Numbered from the stretch's first letter, positions 21,117-31,573 are shown. The stretch is 64,000 bases of DNA from Alphaproteobacteria bacterium (GCA_965205265.1 CBDBGH010000003.1:128001-192000), one strand, 5' to 3'. Made by a program: numbers and translations. Notes: generated by a model not told the origin, from the sequence alone.

Positions 21117-22499
21117 ATGCGCTATCTCAGCACGCGCGGCGAGGCGGCGGAGCGGGACTTTTCCGGCGTCCTGCTGACCGGCCTCGCCGAGGATGGCGGG
21201 CTCTGGCAGCCGGCGGCATGGCCCCGGCTGGACGAGGCGGCGCGCGCGCCGGGCGCGGGCTATGCGGCGCGCGCCTTCGCGGTCACCCGGCCCTTTGTCG
21301 CGGGCGGGCTGGAGGCGGAGGACTGGCGGGCGCTGCTGGCCGATGTCTATGCGGGCTTCCGCCACCCGGCGGTCGCGCCGCTCGTGCAGCTCGACACCAA
21401 TCTCTGGCTGATGGAGCTTTTCCACGGCCCGACCTTCGCCTTCAAGGACCTGGCGATGCAGGCGCTCGGGCGGCTGTTCGACCTCGTGCTGAAGGCGCGC
21501 GGCGAGAGCATCACCATTATCGGCGCGACCTCCGGCGACACCGGCGCGGCGGCCGTGGAAGCGGTCCGGGGCCTGGAGACCATCGACCTCGTCATGCTCT
21601 ACCCGCACGGGCGCATCTCGGAGGTGCAGCGCCGGCAGATGACCACGGTGGAGGAACCCAATATCCACACGGTCGCGCTCGAAGGCACCTTCGACGACTG
21701 CCAGGACCTGGTGAAGGCGCTTTTCGCCGACACCCGGCTGCGCGAGGACTGGCGCTTCGCCGCCGTCAATTCGATCAACTGGGCCCGCGTCATGGTCCAG
21801 ACGGTCTATTACATCCATGCGGCGGCGCAGCTCGGCGGCGGGCCCGTCGCCTTCTCCGTGCCGAGCGGCAATTTCGGCAATGTCTATGCGGGCTGCGCCG
21901 CGCGCGAGATGGGCCTCGACGCGCCGCGCTTCATCGTCGGCTCCAACAGCAACGACATCCTCGCGCGCTTCTTCGAGGCGGGCGACATGTCCACAAGGCC
22001 GGTGACGCCCAGCTGGTCGCCCTCCATGGACATCCAGGTGTCCAGCAACTTCGAGCGCCTGCTGCACGACCTGCTGGAGCGCGACGGGCCGGCCGTCGCC
22101 CGGCATATGGCGGCCTTCCGGCAAAGCGGGCGGCTGCCGCTCGACGAAGCGCGCTGGCGGGCGGCGCGCCGGCTGTTCCGGGGCCATGCGGTGGACGACG
22201 AGGGCACATTGGCCGAGATCGCGCGCACCCACGGTGCAACCGGCATGACCGTCGATCCGCACACCGCCGTCGGCATTGCCGCCGCCCGGGCGCTGCGCGA
22301 CCCCGCCATGCCGACGGTTGCGCTCGCGACCGCGCACCCGGCCAAGTTCCCCGAGGCGGTGGCGCGCGCCATCGGCCGCCGCCCGCCGCTGCCCGACGCG
22401 CTTGCCGCGCAGGCGGCGCGCCCCGAGCGGGCGGCGCGCATGGCGAACGATCTCGGCCTTCTCAAGACCTTCATCCGCGAAAGGGTGCGCCGGCCATGA
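21117..22499 (+). CDS. thrC: Threonine synthase
   Basis: MRYLSTRG, ELFHGPTFAFKDLA, GATSGDTG, NSINWAR, VPSGNFGN, TAHPAKF. Confidence 0.96.
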   Translation: MRYLSTRGEAAERDFSGVLLTGLAEDGGLWQPAAWPRLDEAARAPGAGYAARAFAVTRPFVAGGLEAEDWRALLADVYAGFRHPAVAPLVQLDTNLWLMELFHGPTFAFKDLAMQALGRLFDLVLKARGESITIIGATSGDTGAAAVEAVRGLETIDLVMLYPHGRISEVQRRQMTTVEEPNIHTVALEGTFDDCQDLVKALFADTRLREDWRFAAVNSINWARVMVQTVYYIHAAAQLGGGPVAFSVPSGNFGNVYAGCAAREMGLDAPRFIVGSNSNDILARFFEAGDMSTRPVTPSWSPSMDIQVSSNFERLLHDLLERDGPAVARHMAAFRQSGRLPLDEARWRAARRLFRGHAVDDEGTLAEIARTHGATGMTVDPHTAVGIAAARALRDPAMPTVALATAHPAKFPEAVARAIGRRPPLPDALAAQAARPERAARMANDLGLLKTFIRERVRRP

Positions 22500-23710
22500 G
22501 CGTCACCGTCTCCACCCTGCCGAACGGCCTCCGGGTCGCGACCGACACCGTGAAGACCGTCGAGACCGTCTCGCTCGGCATGTGGGTCGGCGTCGGCACG
22601 CGCCATGAGCGCGAGGCCGAGAACGGCGTCTCGCACCTGCTGGAGCACATGGCCTTCAAGGGCACGGAGCGGCGCACGGCCGGCGATATCGCCCGCGAGA
22701 TCGAGGCGGTGGGCGGGTTCCTCAACGCCTATACCGCGCGCGAGGTCACGGCCTATTACGCCAAAGTGCTGAAGGAGGATGCCCCGCTCGCGGTCGATAT
22801 CCTGGCCGACATCCTGACCGGCTCCGTCTTCGACGCGGAGGAGCTGGAGCGTGAGCGCACCGTCATCCTCCAGGAGATCGGGCAGGCGCAGGACTTCCCG
22901 GAAGACGTGGCGTTCGACCTGTTCCAGGAGACCGCCTATCCCGCCCAGGCGATGGGGCGCAGCATTCTCGGCCGCCCCGAGGTGGTGCGTTCGCTGCCGA
23001 GAGAGGCTGTGGCGGGCTGGATGGGCGAACGCTACCGGGCGCCCGCCATGGTGCTGGCGGCGGCGGGGCATATCGAGCACGAGACGCTGCGGGGCCTCGC
23101 GGAACGCCATTTCGCGGGCCTGCCGGACACGCCTGCGCCGGTGCCGGAGCCAGCCCGCTATGCCGGCGGCGAGGCGCGCGAGGCCCGCGACCTTGAGCAG
23201 GCCCACCTCGTGCTCGGCTTCGAGGGGCCGAGCTTCCGGGAGGCCGGCTTCTACCCCGCGCAGGTGTTCTCGACCCTCTATGGCGGCGGCATGTCCTCGC
23301 GGCTCTTCCAGGAGGTGCGGGAGAAGCGCGGGCTGGTCTATGCGATCTATTCCTTCGCGTCGTCGGCCGCCGATACCGGGCTGGTGGGCGTCTATGCCGG
23401 CACGGCGCAGGAGAATGCGGAGGAAGTGCTCGCCATCGTGCGCGGCGAACTGGAGGACCTGGCGGACGGCGGGCCGGACGAGGACGAGCTCGCCCGCGCC
23501 CGCGCGCAGCTTCGCGCCAGCCTGCTGATGGCGCGCGAGAGCACCTCCTCGCGCTGCGAGCAGCTCGCCCAGCAGCTCCTGGTCCACAACCGCCCGATCC
23601 CGCCGGAGGAGCTGACCGAGCGGGTCGAGGCGGTGGGCGCCGCCGAAGTCATGGGCATCGCCGCCCGCTACGCCGGCGCGCCCCCGAGCCTCGTGGTGCT
23701 GGGGCCCTGA
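22496..23710 (+). CDS. M16 family zinc metallopeptidase
   Basis: NGVSHLLEHMAFKGT (HXXEH), LNAYT, GGGMSSRLFQEVREKRGL; conserved downstream of thrC. Confidence 0.94.
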   Translation: MSVTVSTLPNGLRVATDTVKTVETVSLGMWVGVGTRHEREAENGVSHLLEHMAFKGTERRTAGDIAREIEAVGGFLNAYTAREVTAYYAKVLKEDAPLAVDILADILTGSVFDAEELERERTVILQEIGQAQDFPEDVAFDLFQETAYPAQAMGRSILGRPEVVRSLPREAVAGWMGERYRAPAMVLAAAGHIEHETLRGLAERHFAGLPDTPAPVPEPARYAGGEAREARDLEQAHLVLGFEGPSFREAGFYPAQVFSTLYGGGMSSRLFQEVREKRGLVYAIYSFASSAADTGLVGVYAGTAQENAEEVLAIVRGELEDLADGGPDEDELARARAQLRASLLMARESTSSRCEQLAQQLLVHNRPIPPEELTERVEAVGAAEVMGIAARYAGAPPSLVVLGP

Positions 23711-23727
23711 ACGAAGGAAGGAAAAAC

Positions 23728-24465
23728 ATGGCGAAAACGGCAATTGTGACGGGCGGGAGCCGGGGGATCGGGGCTTCGGTCTGCCGGCTGCTCGGGGCCG
23801 ATGGCTGGAACGTCGTCGTGAACTATGCCGGCCGGGCCGATGCCGCTGAGGCGGTCGTGCGCGATGTCGAAACTGCCGGCGGGCGGGCGCTCGCGGTGCA
23901 GGCGGATGTGGCCCGCAAGGCCGATGTGGAGCGGCTGTTCGCCGCGAGCGACGAGGCGTTCGGGGGGCTCGACGCGCTGGTGAACAATGCCGGCGTGATC
24001 GGGCGTCGGGGCCGGTTCGAGGAACTCGACGATGCGGTGATGGAAGAGGTGCTCGCCGTCAATGTGCTCGGCTGCATGCTCTGCGCGCACGCCGCGATCC
24101 CGCGCCTCTCGACCCGGCACGGGGGGCGCGGCGGTTCCATCGTCAATGTCTCCTCGGGCAATGCCGTGTCGGGCGGGCCGGGGGAGTCCGTGCTCTACAG
24201 CGTCTCCAAGGGCGCGGTGAACTCGCTCACCATCGGCCTCTCGCAGGAACTCGCCGGGGAGGGCATCCGGGTCAACACCGTCAGCCCCGGCCTCACCGAC
24301 ACCGACATGCCGGGGCCGGACAAGATAGCCGCCATCGGCCCCACCATCCCGATGGGGCGGGTCGCGCATCCCGACGAGATCGCGGAGGGCGTGGTCTGGC
24401 TCATCTCCGGCAAGGCCTCCTATGTCGCGGGCGCCAACCTCCGCATCGGCGGCGGCCGCCCCTGA
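23728..24465 (+). CDS. Short-chain dehydrogenase/reductase
   Basis: TGGSRGIG, LVNNAG, YSVSK. Confidence 0.93.
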   Translation: MAKTAIVTGGSRGIGASVCRLLGADGWNVVVNYAGRADAAEAVVRDVETAGGRALAVQADVARKADVERLFAASDEAFGGLDALVNNAGVIGRRGRFEELDDAVMEEVLAVNVLGCMLCAHAAIPRLSTRHGGRGGSIVNVSSGNAVSGGPGESVLYSVSKGAVNSLTIGLSQELAGEGIRVNTVSPGLTDTDMPGPDKIAAIGPTIPMGRVAHPDEIAEGVVWLISGKASYVAGANLRIGGGRP

Positions 24466-24631
24466 CGCCGGGCCGCCGGCCTTGCAAGGGCAGGGCGGGC
24501 CGCTAAACTCACCCGCAGGGCGGTTGTATTCCGGCCCGGGGGGACTCTTGGGAAACGAGGCCTTTCTCGGCGGACGCGGCGCCTGTGCTGCCGCAATGCC
24601 GGCGGCGGATGCGTCAACAGGAGGGACTGAT

Positions 24632-25630
24632 ATGCAAACACGGAAGTACGGCCGCTCGGCCGGCCAATTCGCCAGGCTCGGGATTTCGGCGCTGGCGATT
24701 GCGGCGCTCGGCATTCCGGCCGCCCAGGTGCTGGCGGAAGACGACTTTCCGTCCAAGACCATCGAGGTCGTGACCCATGCGGGCGCCGGCGGCGGCACGG
24801 ATGTGAACTCGCGCATGATGATGCTGAGAGCGCGGCGCACGCTGAAGACCGACATGGTGGTGGTCAACAAGCGCGGCGGCAACGGCGCGCTCGCCATGCA
24901 GTATTTCAAGAGCCGCCCGGCGGACGGCTACACCATCATGACCTTCACCAACGGCCATGCGCTCACCATGGCGCTCGGCAAGTCGGACCTGAAGGTTGCA
25001 GACATGCGCCCGCTTGCGCGCGGCACCAACGACCCGCAGGTGCTGATGGTCAACTGCAAGACCTCGCCCTACAAGAGCTCCGACGAGTTCCTGGCCGGCG
25101 TGCGCGAGACCAAGCTGAAATTCGGCACCACGAACATCGGCGGCCTGGACCACATCACGGCCTTCGTGTTCGCCAAGCGCGCCGAAGCGGTGCAGCCGAC
25201 CATCGTGCCCTTCAAGGGCGGCGGCGAGCTTGCCACGCAGCTGGTTGCCGGCTCCATCGATGTGGGCGTGTTGAACCTCTCCGAGGCCTCCGCGCAGATC
25301 GAGGCCGGGGATATCTGCCCGATGGTCGTGCTGCACACCGAGCGCATGAAGCCGATCCCCGATGTGAAGACCGCAAGGGAGATGGGCGTCGATGTGGTGT
25401 TCGCCACGGTGCGCGGCTTCGTGACCCATGCCGGCGTGGACGACGCCAAGGCGGCAAAGCTCGAAAAGGGCATGTTGAAGGCCATGGGGCACAGCATTTA
25501 CCAGGCCTATCTGACCACGTCCGGCCTGGACAACACCTCGGTGCTGGGCTCTGCGGAGTGGGGCGCGCAGATCGAGCAACTCCTCCAGGACCTGATCCCG
25601 GCCGCCAAGGAAATGGGCCTGGTGAAATGA
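24632..25630 (+). CDS. tctC: Tripartite tricarboxylate transporter substrate-binding protein (TctC/Bug)
   Basis: Signal peptide, FPSKTIEVV..AGAGGGTD, VVNKRGG, ADGYTI, VPFKGGG. Confidence 0.9.
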   Translation: MQTRKYGRSAGQFARLGISALAIAALGIPAAQVLAEDDFPSKTIEVVTHAGAGGGTDVNSRMMMLRARRTLKTDMVVVNKRGGNGALAMQYFKSRPADGYTIMTFTNGHALTMALGKSDLKVADMRPLARGTNDPQVLMVNCKTSPYKSSDEFLAGVRETKLKFGTTNIGGLDHITAFVFAKRAEAVQPTIVPFKGGGELATQLVAGSIDVGVLNLSEASAQIEAGDICPMVVLHTERMKPIPDVKTAREMGVDVVFATVRGFVTHAGVDDAKAAKLEKGMLKAMGHSIYQAYLTTSGLDNTSVLGSAEWGAQIEQLLQDLIPAAKEMGLVK

Positions 25631-25661
25631 CGGCCTGAGCCGGGGAAGCCGGACCCGGCTC

Positions 25662-26168
25662 ATGGCTGCCGGCGCACCGGCCGGCCGGGCGGAAGCGCCC
25701 GGCCGGAGCCGCTGGCTGGACTACGGGGTCCCCGCGACGGTCTTCGCATTCTGCGCGGCCGTGATCCATTTCAGCACGACCTTCGAGGAAGTGCCGGAGA
25801 TCATCGTCGGGGACTCGATGCAGCCGCGCGTCTTCCCCATCTTCCTGATGGTCGTCATGGGGCTGCTCAATCTGGCGCTCATCCTGCAGATCGCGAGGAA
25901 CCCGCCGAAACGGGCGGACCGCGAGCCTGCGGCGACCTGGATCACGGTCGTGCTGATGGGCGCCTTTTACATCCTGGCCGAGCATGTGGACATGATGCTG
26001 GCGCTCCCGGCGGCGATCTTCTGCATGTGCGTCTTCTGGGGCGAAAGGCGGCTCTGGGTCGCGGGCCTGACCGCAGTCGCCACCACATGCGCGATTTTCT
26101 TCAGCTTCGACCTCGTGCTGGAAGTGCGCTTCCCGCGGGGGCTGCTGACGAACCTCTATTACGGATAA
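25662..26168 (+). CDS. tctB: TTT small permease TctB
   Basis: About four TM segments, PRVFP motif, located between tctC and tctA. Confidence 0.85.
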   Translation: MAAGAPAGRAEAPGRSRWLDYGVPATVFAFCAAVIHFSTTFEEVPEIIVGDSMQPRVFPIFLMVVMGLLNLALILQIARNPPKRADREPAATWITVVLMGAFYILAEHVDMMLALPAAIFCMCVFWGERRLWVAGLTAVATTCAIFFSFDLVLEVRFPRGLLTNLYYG

Positions 26169-26181
26169 CGGAGATAGGGCG

Positions 26182-27675
26182 ATGATTGGCGACGCGCTGA
26201 TGTCGATGTTCTCCGTGCTGAGCGATCCCTACCTGATGGGGCTCATCCTCGTCACGACGGTAGGCGGGGTGGTCATCGGGGCGCTGCCGGGCCTCGGTGC
26301 GACCACCGGCGCGGCCCTCCTGCTGCCCTTCACGCTCACGATGGACCCGGTGCCGGCGATCGCGGTGCTGACGACCATCTATGTCTCGGCGACCTTCGCC
26401 GGCGCGATTACCGCCATTCTCATCAACACGCCCGGCACTTCGGCGGCGGCGGCAACCTGCCTCGACGGCTTCCCGCTCGCGCAGCGCGGCGAGGCCGGCC
26501 GCGCGCTCGGTATCGCCGTGGTCGCCAGCACCATAGGCGGCGTCTTCTCCGTCATCGTGCTGGCCATCGCCGCCCCGCTGCTTGCCAGGGTGGCCTACGA
26601 GTTCCGGCCGCCGGAATATTTCGCGCTCACTGTCTTCGGCCTCTCCATGCTGGCCTCGATCTCGGAGGGCGGCGCGGTCAAGAACCTGATGGGCGGCCTG
26701 TTCGGGGTCTGGCTCGCCACCATCGGAGCCGACGCCAGCACCGGCGTCGAGCGCTTCATGTTCGGCAGCATCGAGCTCTATGAAGGGCTGAATTTCATCC
26801 CCGTGCTCGTCGGCCTGTTCGCGATCAGCGAGCTGCTGGTGCAATCGACGACGCTCAAGCTGGCGATGGAGCGCATCGCGATGAAGGCCGTGCAATTGCC
26901 CAGCATGGCCGACTACAGGAAGATCTGGCGCACCGTGCTCCGGTCGTGCGGCATCGGCACCTTCATCGGCATCCTGCCGGCCGAAGGCGCCACGGTCGCC
27001 TCGATGATCGGCTATTCGGAGGCCAAGCGCTGGTCGCGCACGCCGGAGGAATTCGGCAAAGGCGCGGTCGAGGGCGTGGCCGGGGCGGAGACCGCCAACA
27101 ATGCGGCCACGGGCGGCGCGATGGTGCCGACGCTGGTGCTCGGCATCCCCGGCAGCGGCACGACGGCTGTGATCCTGGTCGGGCTGATGGTCCACGGGCT
27201 CAGGCCCGGCCCGCACCTCTTCACCGAGCAGCTCGACAAGGTCTATGCCATCTTCGGCACGATGTTCGTCGCCAATGCGATGTTCTTCGTCCTCGGCCTG
27301 TTCGCCGCCAAGCTCTTCGCCCGCGTGACGCTGGTGCCCCGCAACATCCTGTGGCCCATCGTGTTCGCGTTCAGCGTGCTCGGTTCCTATGCGCTCGCCC
27401 AGTCCATGCTGGACGTCTATGTGGCGCTGGTCTTCGGTGTCATCGGCTACCTGTTCCGGCGCTTCGGCTTTGCGGTCGCGCCGGTCGCCATCGGCCTCAT
27501 CCTCGGCGAAATGGTCGAGACCAACCTCCAGAACTCTCTGAAAATGTTCGAGGGCGCCTGGTGGGAGATCGGGATGCAGCCGCTTGCCGCGCTGTTCCTC
27601 GCGCTGGCGCTGCTCGGCATCCTGCAGCCCTATATCGTCGGCTGGTTCCGCCGCCGGAAGGCCGCGCGGTCCTGA
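26182..27675 (+). CDS. tctA: TTT large permease TctA
   Basis: GALPGLG, ILINTPGT, GVAGAETANNA, PTLVLGIPG. Confidence 0.93.
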   Translation: MIGDALMSMFSVLSDPYLMGLILVTTVGGVVIGALPGLGATTGAALLLPFTLTMDPVPAIAVLTTIYVSATFAGAITAILINTPGTSAAAATCLDGFPLAQRGEAGRALGIAVVASTIGGVFSVIVLAIAAPLLARVAYEFRPPEYFALTVFGLSMLASISEGGAVKNLMGGLFGVWLATIGADASTGVERFMFGSIELYEGLNFIPVLVGLFAISELLVQSTTLKLAMERIAMKAVQLPSMADYRKIWRTVLRSCGIGTFIGILPAEGATVASMIGYSEAKRWSRTPEEFGKGAVEGVAGAETANNAATGGAMVPTLVLGIPGSGTTAVILVGLMVHGLRPGPHLFTEQLDKVYAIFGTMFVANAMFFVLGLFAAKLFARVTLVPRNILWPIVFAFSVLGSYALAQSMLDVYVALVFGVIGYLFRRFGFAVAPVAIGLILGEMVETNLQNSLKMFEGAWWEIGMQPLAALFLALALLGILQPYIVGWFRRRKAARS

Positions 27676-27755
27676 AGCCCGCGCCCCGCGCCCCATGCGG
27701 CTGCGGCCACGAGGCTCTTGGCAAGGGCGCCCTGCCGGGGCAGGCTGCCGGCGCC

Positions 27756-28667
27756 ATGATGGATCGTTTCCCCTACATCCCGCTGCCGGAGCGCCCGAAG
27801 CTCGTCTGGCCCGACGGCAAGCGGCTCGCCGTCTGGGTGCTGCCCAATATCGAGCATTACGAATACCGGCCGGAATTCGTGAACCGGCGCAATGCCTGGC
27901 CGCGCATGCCCGCTCCGGACATCATCGGCTACGGCGTGCGCGACTACGGCAACCGGGTCGGCGTGTGGCGGATGCTCGATTGCTTCGCCCGCCATGGCAT
28001 CAAGGCTACGGTCTCGCTCAATTTCGGCGTGATCGAGCACTATCCGGAGGTGTGGCAGGCGATCCGCGAGCGCGGCGACGACATCCTCTGCCACGGCTTC
28101 TACAACACGCGCTATCTCTGGGGGCTTCCGGAGGAGGACGAGCGCGCCGTCATCCGCGACTGCGTCGAGACCTATGCCCGCGCCACGGGCGGCGAGGCGC
28201 TGCCCGGCTGGTTCGGCCCCGCTGTCTCCGGCACCTTCAACACGGCCGATATCGTCAAGGAGCTCGGCATCAAATACACCGCCGACTACTACCATGACGA
28301 CCAGCCGACCCTGGTGCGCACGAAGCACGGGCCCCTTCCCTGCGTGCCCTACTCGATGGATATCAACGACGCGCAGGTCTATCGCTGGCAGAGCGAGGGC
28401 GAGGAGTTCGCGCGCATGATCCGCGATGCCTTCGACACGCTCTACGAGGAGGGCGCCGAGACCGGGCGGGTGCTCGCGATCTGCCTCCACCCCTTCCTCT
28501 ACGGCCAGCCGCACCGGATCAAATATCTCGACGAGGCGCTCGGCTATGTGATGGGCCATGAGGGCGTCTGGCAGGCGACCGGCTCCGAGATCGCCGACTG
28601 GGCGATGCGGGAATGGCTGCCCTTATGGGCCATGCAGGATGGGGCCATGCCGGAGGCGGGCCCGTGA
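27756..28667 (+). CDS. Polysaccharide deacetylase family (PuuE-like amidohydrolase)
   Basis: WPDGKRLAVWV..NIEHYE, RDYGNRVGVWR, YTADYYHDDQP, LHPFLYGQPHRI. Confidence 0.9.
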   Translation: MMDRFPYIPLPERPKLVWPDGKRLAVWVLPNIEHYEYRPEFVNRRNAWPRMPAPDIIGYGVRDYGNRVGVWRMLDCFARHGIKATVSLNFGVIEHYPEVWQAIRERGDDILCHGFYNTRYLWGLPEEDERAVIRDCVETYARATGGEALPGWFGPAVSGTFNTADIVKELGIKYTADYYHDDQPTLVRTKHGPLPCVPYSMDINDAQVYRWQSEGEEFARMIRDAFDTLYEEGAETGRVLAICLHPFLYGQPHRIKYLDEALGYVMGHEGVWQATGSEIADWAMREWLPLWAMQDGAMPEAGP

Positions 28668-29575
28668 GCGAACAGACGCGCCGCTACCGCGACGGCCCCG
28701 GCTACGACCATCCCTGGTTCGACTGGCCGCCGCCGGAGGCTCCAACCGTCTGGCCCGGCGGCGCGCGTCTTGCGGTCATGCCGCTCATCCATGTCGAGCA
28801 TTTCGAGCTGGACCCCGACCCAAACGCTTTCGGAGACCCGCGCTTCGCCGGCGCGCTCGGCAGCTACCGGCCAGACTACAACAATTTCACCCGCTGGCTC
28901 TACGGGCTGCGCGTCGGCGTCTGGCGCCTGTTCGATATCCTGAAGGCGCACGGCCTCCGGGCGACCGTCGCGCTGGGGGCCGCCGCCGCCGAGGAGTGCC
29001 CGCAGATCGTCGAGCGCGCGCTTGCCGACGGCCACGGCATCGCCGCGCACGGCACGGTCGCCAACCGGATGATCTCCGAGCGCATGGACGAGGCGGAGGA
29101 GCGCGCCTTCATCGCGGAATCGGCCGCGCGGCTGGAAGCCTGTATCGGCCGCCGCCCGCGCGGCTGGGTCGGGCAGGACCACGGCGAGAGCTCGCGCACG
29201 CCGGGCCTGCTGGCGGAGGCGGGCTTCGACCATGTGATCGACTGGCCGAACGACGAACGCCCGGTGGCCATGCGCACCGAGCCGCCCATCGTCTCGATCC
29301 CGGCCCACACGGAATGGGACGATGCGGAGCTGTTCGCCGTGCGCAAGGTCGATGCGTGGCGCTATCCCGAGCTCGTCGCCGACGCCGCCGAGTGCCTGCA
29401 CGGCGAAGGCGGGCGCATGATGACGCTCGGCATCCACCCCTGGATCTTCGGCCAGCCCCACCGCAGCCGCCATCTCGACGCGGCTCTCGGCCGGCTGATG
29501 GAATTCGACGGCATCTGGAACGGGACCTCGGACGAGATTGCCGATCTGGCGCTGGGGAAGATCCGCATCGTTTGA
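28664..29575 (+). CDS. Polysaccharide deacetylase family (second, divergent paralog)
   Basis: WPGGARLAV..LIHVEHFE, YGLRVGVWRL, DWPNDERP, IHPWIFGQPHR. Confidence 0.88.
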   Translation: MSEQTRRYRDGPGYDHPWFDWPPPEAPTVWPGGARLAVMPLIHVEHFELDPDPNAFGDPRFAGALGSYRPDYNNFTRWLYGLRVGVWRLFDILKAHGLRATVALGAAAAEECPQIVERALADGHGIAAHGTVANRMISERMDEAEERAFIAESAARLEACIGRRPRGWVGQDHGESSRTPGLLAEAGFDHVIDWPNDERPVAMRTEPPIVSIPAHTEWDDAELFAVRKVDAWRYPELVADAAECLHGEGGRMMTLGIHPWIFGQPHRSRHLDAALGRLMEFDGIWNGTSDEIADLALGKIRIV

Positions 29576-29635
29576 TGGGCCTGGCGGGATGGCGTATCGT
29601 GGCCGCAGTCTTGCCGGCGCGTGGAAAGGGCCGTG

Positions 29636-29836
29636 ATGGAAAGCGATACGACGGCGATCATCTTCTCCGTTATCGGTGTCGGCGTTGTCCTGGCGGGGCT
29701 GATTCTTACCGTGACGGGCCGTCTGAGCACCCGGTTGACGGCCGTGGAGAAGGAAACCGCCCGGCTTGCCGGACTGCTCGAGGGATTGGGGCTGGTAGGG
29801 CGGACGGCTCCCCGCGCCTCCGGCGACGCAGATTAG
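29636..29836 (+). CDS. Small membrane-anchored coiled-coil protein (66 aa)
   Basis: MESDTTAIIFSVIGVGVVLAGLIL (TM) followed by RLSTRLTAVEKETARLAGLLEG; same architecture as 7716-7955. Confidence 0.65.
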   Translation: MESDTTAIIFSVIGVGVVLAGLILTVTGRLSTRLTAVEKETARLAGLLEGLGLVGRTAPRASGDAD

Positions 29837-29986
29837 GCGCGGGTTTCGCGAGAAAAGCGCCGGCTACGATAGCGCTCCCCTAAACCGGAAAATTCCAAGA
29901 CAACACAGGCGGATGGGGCAGTTGCCGAGGCCGGGGCGATGTTGAGGCGCTGCGGGGCCCGGGAATCGAATATGAAGGATGATCCA

Positions 29987-31525
29987 ATGAACGGCGCGGA
30001 AAGCCTTGTGACGACGCTTGTGGGCGGCGGGGTCGATGTCTGCTTCACCAATCCCGGCACCTCGGAGATGCATTTCGTGGCGGCGCTCGACCGCGTGGAC
30101 GGGATGCGCTCGGTGCTCTGCCTGTTCGAGGGCGTGGTGTCGGGCGCGGCGGACGGCTACTGGCGCATGGCGCGGCGGCCGGCGGCGACCCTGCTGCATC
30201 TGGGGCCGGGCCTCGGCAATGCGGTCGCCAACCTGCACAACGCGAAGAAGGCGCATTCCGGCATCGTCAATATCGTCGGCGAGCACGCCACCTTCCATAT
30301 CGAGCACGACGCGCCGCTGACCGCCGATATCGAGGGCATCGCCCGGCCCGTATCGCACTGGGTCCGCACCTCGCGCGACTCCACCGCGGTCGCCGAGGAC
30401 GGCGCGCAGGCCATCGCAGAGGCCATGGCGGCGCCGGGGCGGATCGCAACGCTGATCCTGCCGGGCGACACAGCCTGGAACGCCGCGAACGGTATAGCCG
30501 CCGTGCCCGAGGTCGCGCCGCCCGCGCAGGTGTCCGAAGAAGCGGTCGCAGCGGCGGCCGAAGCAACGGGCGAGGGCTGCATGCTGCTGCTGAGCGGCGA
30601 TGCGCTGACGGAACAGGGCCTCGCGCTCGCCGGCGCGGTTGCAGCGAAGACGGGCTCGGCCATTCTGGCCCAGACCTCCAACGCGGTGCTCCAGCGGGGC
30701 GCGGGGCGGGTGCCGGTCGGCCGCGTGCCCTTCCCGGTGCTGCAGGCGGTGGAGCAGTTGAAGGACGTGCATACGGTCGTGCTTGTCGGCGCGAAAGCCC
30801 CGGTCGCCTTCTTCGGCTATCCCGACCGGCCGAGCGTCGTGACCTCGGACGATTGCGAAATCCTCTGCCTCGCCGCCATCGAGGAGGACCAGCTGGATGC
30901 GCTGGAACGGCTCGCGGACCGGGTGGGCGCGCGGGCGGAGGACGCGCCGGTGCAGAAGCCCTTCCGGCCGGACCTGCCGACGGGCGCCTTCGACCTCGAC
31001 AAGCTCGCGGCAATCCTCGGCAACGCCATCCCGGAAAACGCGATCTGCGTGGACGAATCCGTGACCACCGGGCGCGGTTTCTACCCGCTGACGGCCGGCG
31101 CGCCGCCGCATGACTGGCTGCAGAACATGGGCGGCTCCATCGGCTATGGCGGGCCCTGCGCGGTCGGCGCGGCCATCGCCTGCCCGGACCGCAAGGTGCT
31201 GGCGATGATCGGCGACGGCAGCGCCATGTACACGATCCAGGCGCTCTGGACGATGGCGCGCGAGAACCTCGACATCACCGTCGTGATCTGGGCCAACCGC
31301 AGCTACCGGATACTCGTGGGCGAGCTTGCCAATGTCGGCGCCGGCAATCCGGGCCGCAAGGCGCTGGACATGCTGGATATCGGCCGGCCGGACATGAACT
31401 TCGTCGAGATGGCGCGCGGCATGGGCGTGGACGGCGAGCGCGCCGAGGACTGCGAGGGCCTTGTCCGGGCGCTCGGCCGCGCCAATGCCGACCGCGGCCC
31501 CTACCTGATCGAGGCGGTTCTCTGA
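29987..31525 (+). CDS. ThDP-dependent enzyme (acetolactate synthase large subunit-like/decarboxylase)
   Basis: MNGAESLV, FTNPGTSEMH, LFEGV, LLHLGPGLGN, GDGSAMY...N motif. Confidence 0.92.
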   Translation: MNGAESLVTTLVGGGVDVCFTNPGTSEMHFVAALDRVDGMRSVLCLFEGVVSGAADGYWRMARRPAATLLHLGPGLGNAVANLHNAKKAHSGIVNIVGEHATFHIEHDAPLTADIEGIARPVSHWVRTSRDSTAVAEDGAQAIAEAMAAPGRIATLILPGDTAWNAANGIAAVPEVAPPAQVSEEAVAAAAEATGEGCMLLLSGDALTEQGLALAGAVAAKTGSAILAQTSNAVLQRGAGRVPVGRVPFPVLQAVEQLKDVHTVVLVGAKAPVAFFGYPDRPSVVTSDDCEILCLAAIEEDQLDALERLADRVGARAEDAPVQKPFRPDLPTGAFDLDKLAAILGNAIPENAICVDESVTTGRGFYPLTAGAPPHDWLQNMGGSIGYGGPCAVGAAIACPDRKVLAMIGDGSAMYTIQALWTMARENLDITVVIWANRSYRILVGELANVGAGNPGRKALDMLDIGRPDMNFVEMARGMGVDGERAEDCEGLVRALGRANADRGPYLIEAVL

Positions 31526-31573
31526 CAAAACCGTAACTGGACCGCCTCGGGGCCGGGAAGCATAATCGCCGCT

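Noticed and set aside
21077-23710. Apparent long fusion ORFs (877-aa M16, 834-aa and 676-aa ABC ATPases, 573-aa deacetylase, 470-aa CoxC)
   Set aside because: N-terminal extensions are off-frame read-through of upstream genes; real starts overlap the upstream stops.
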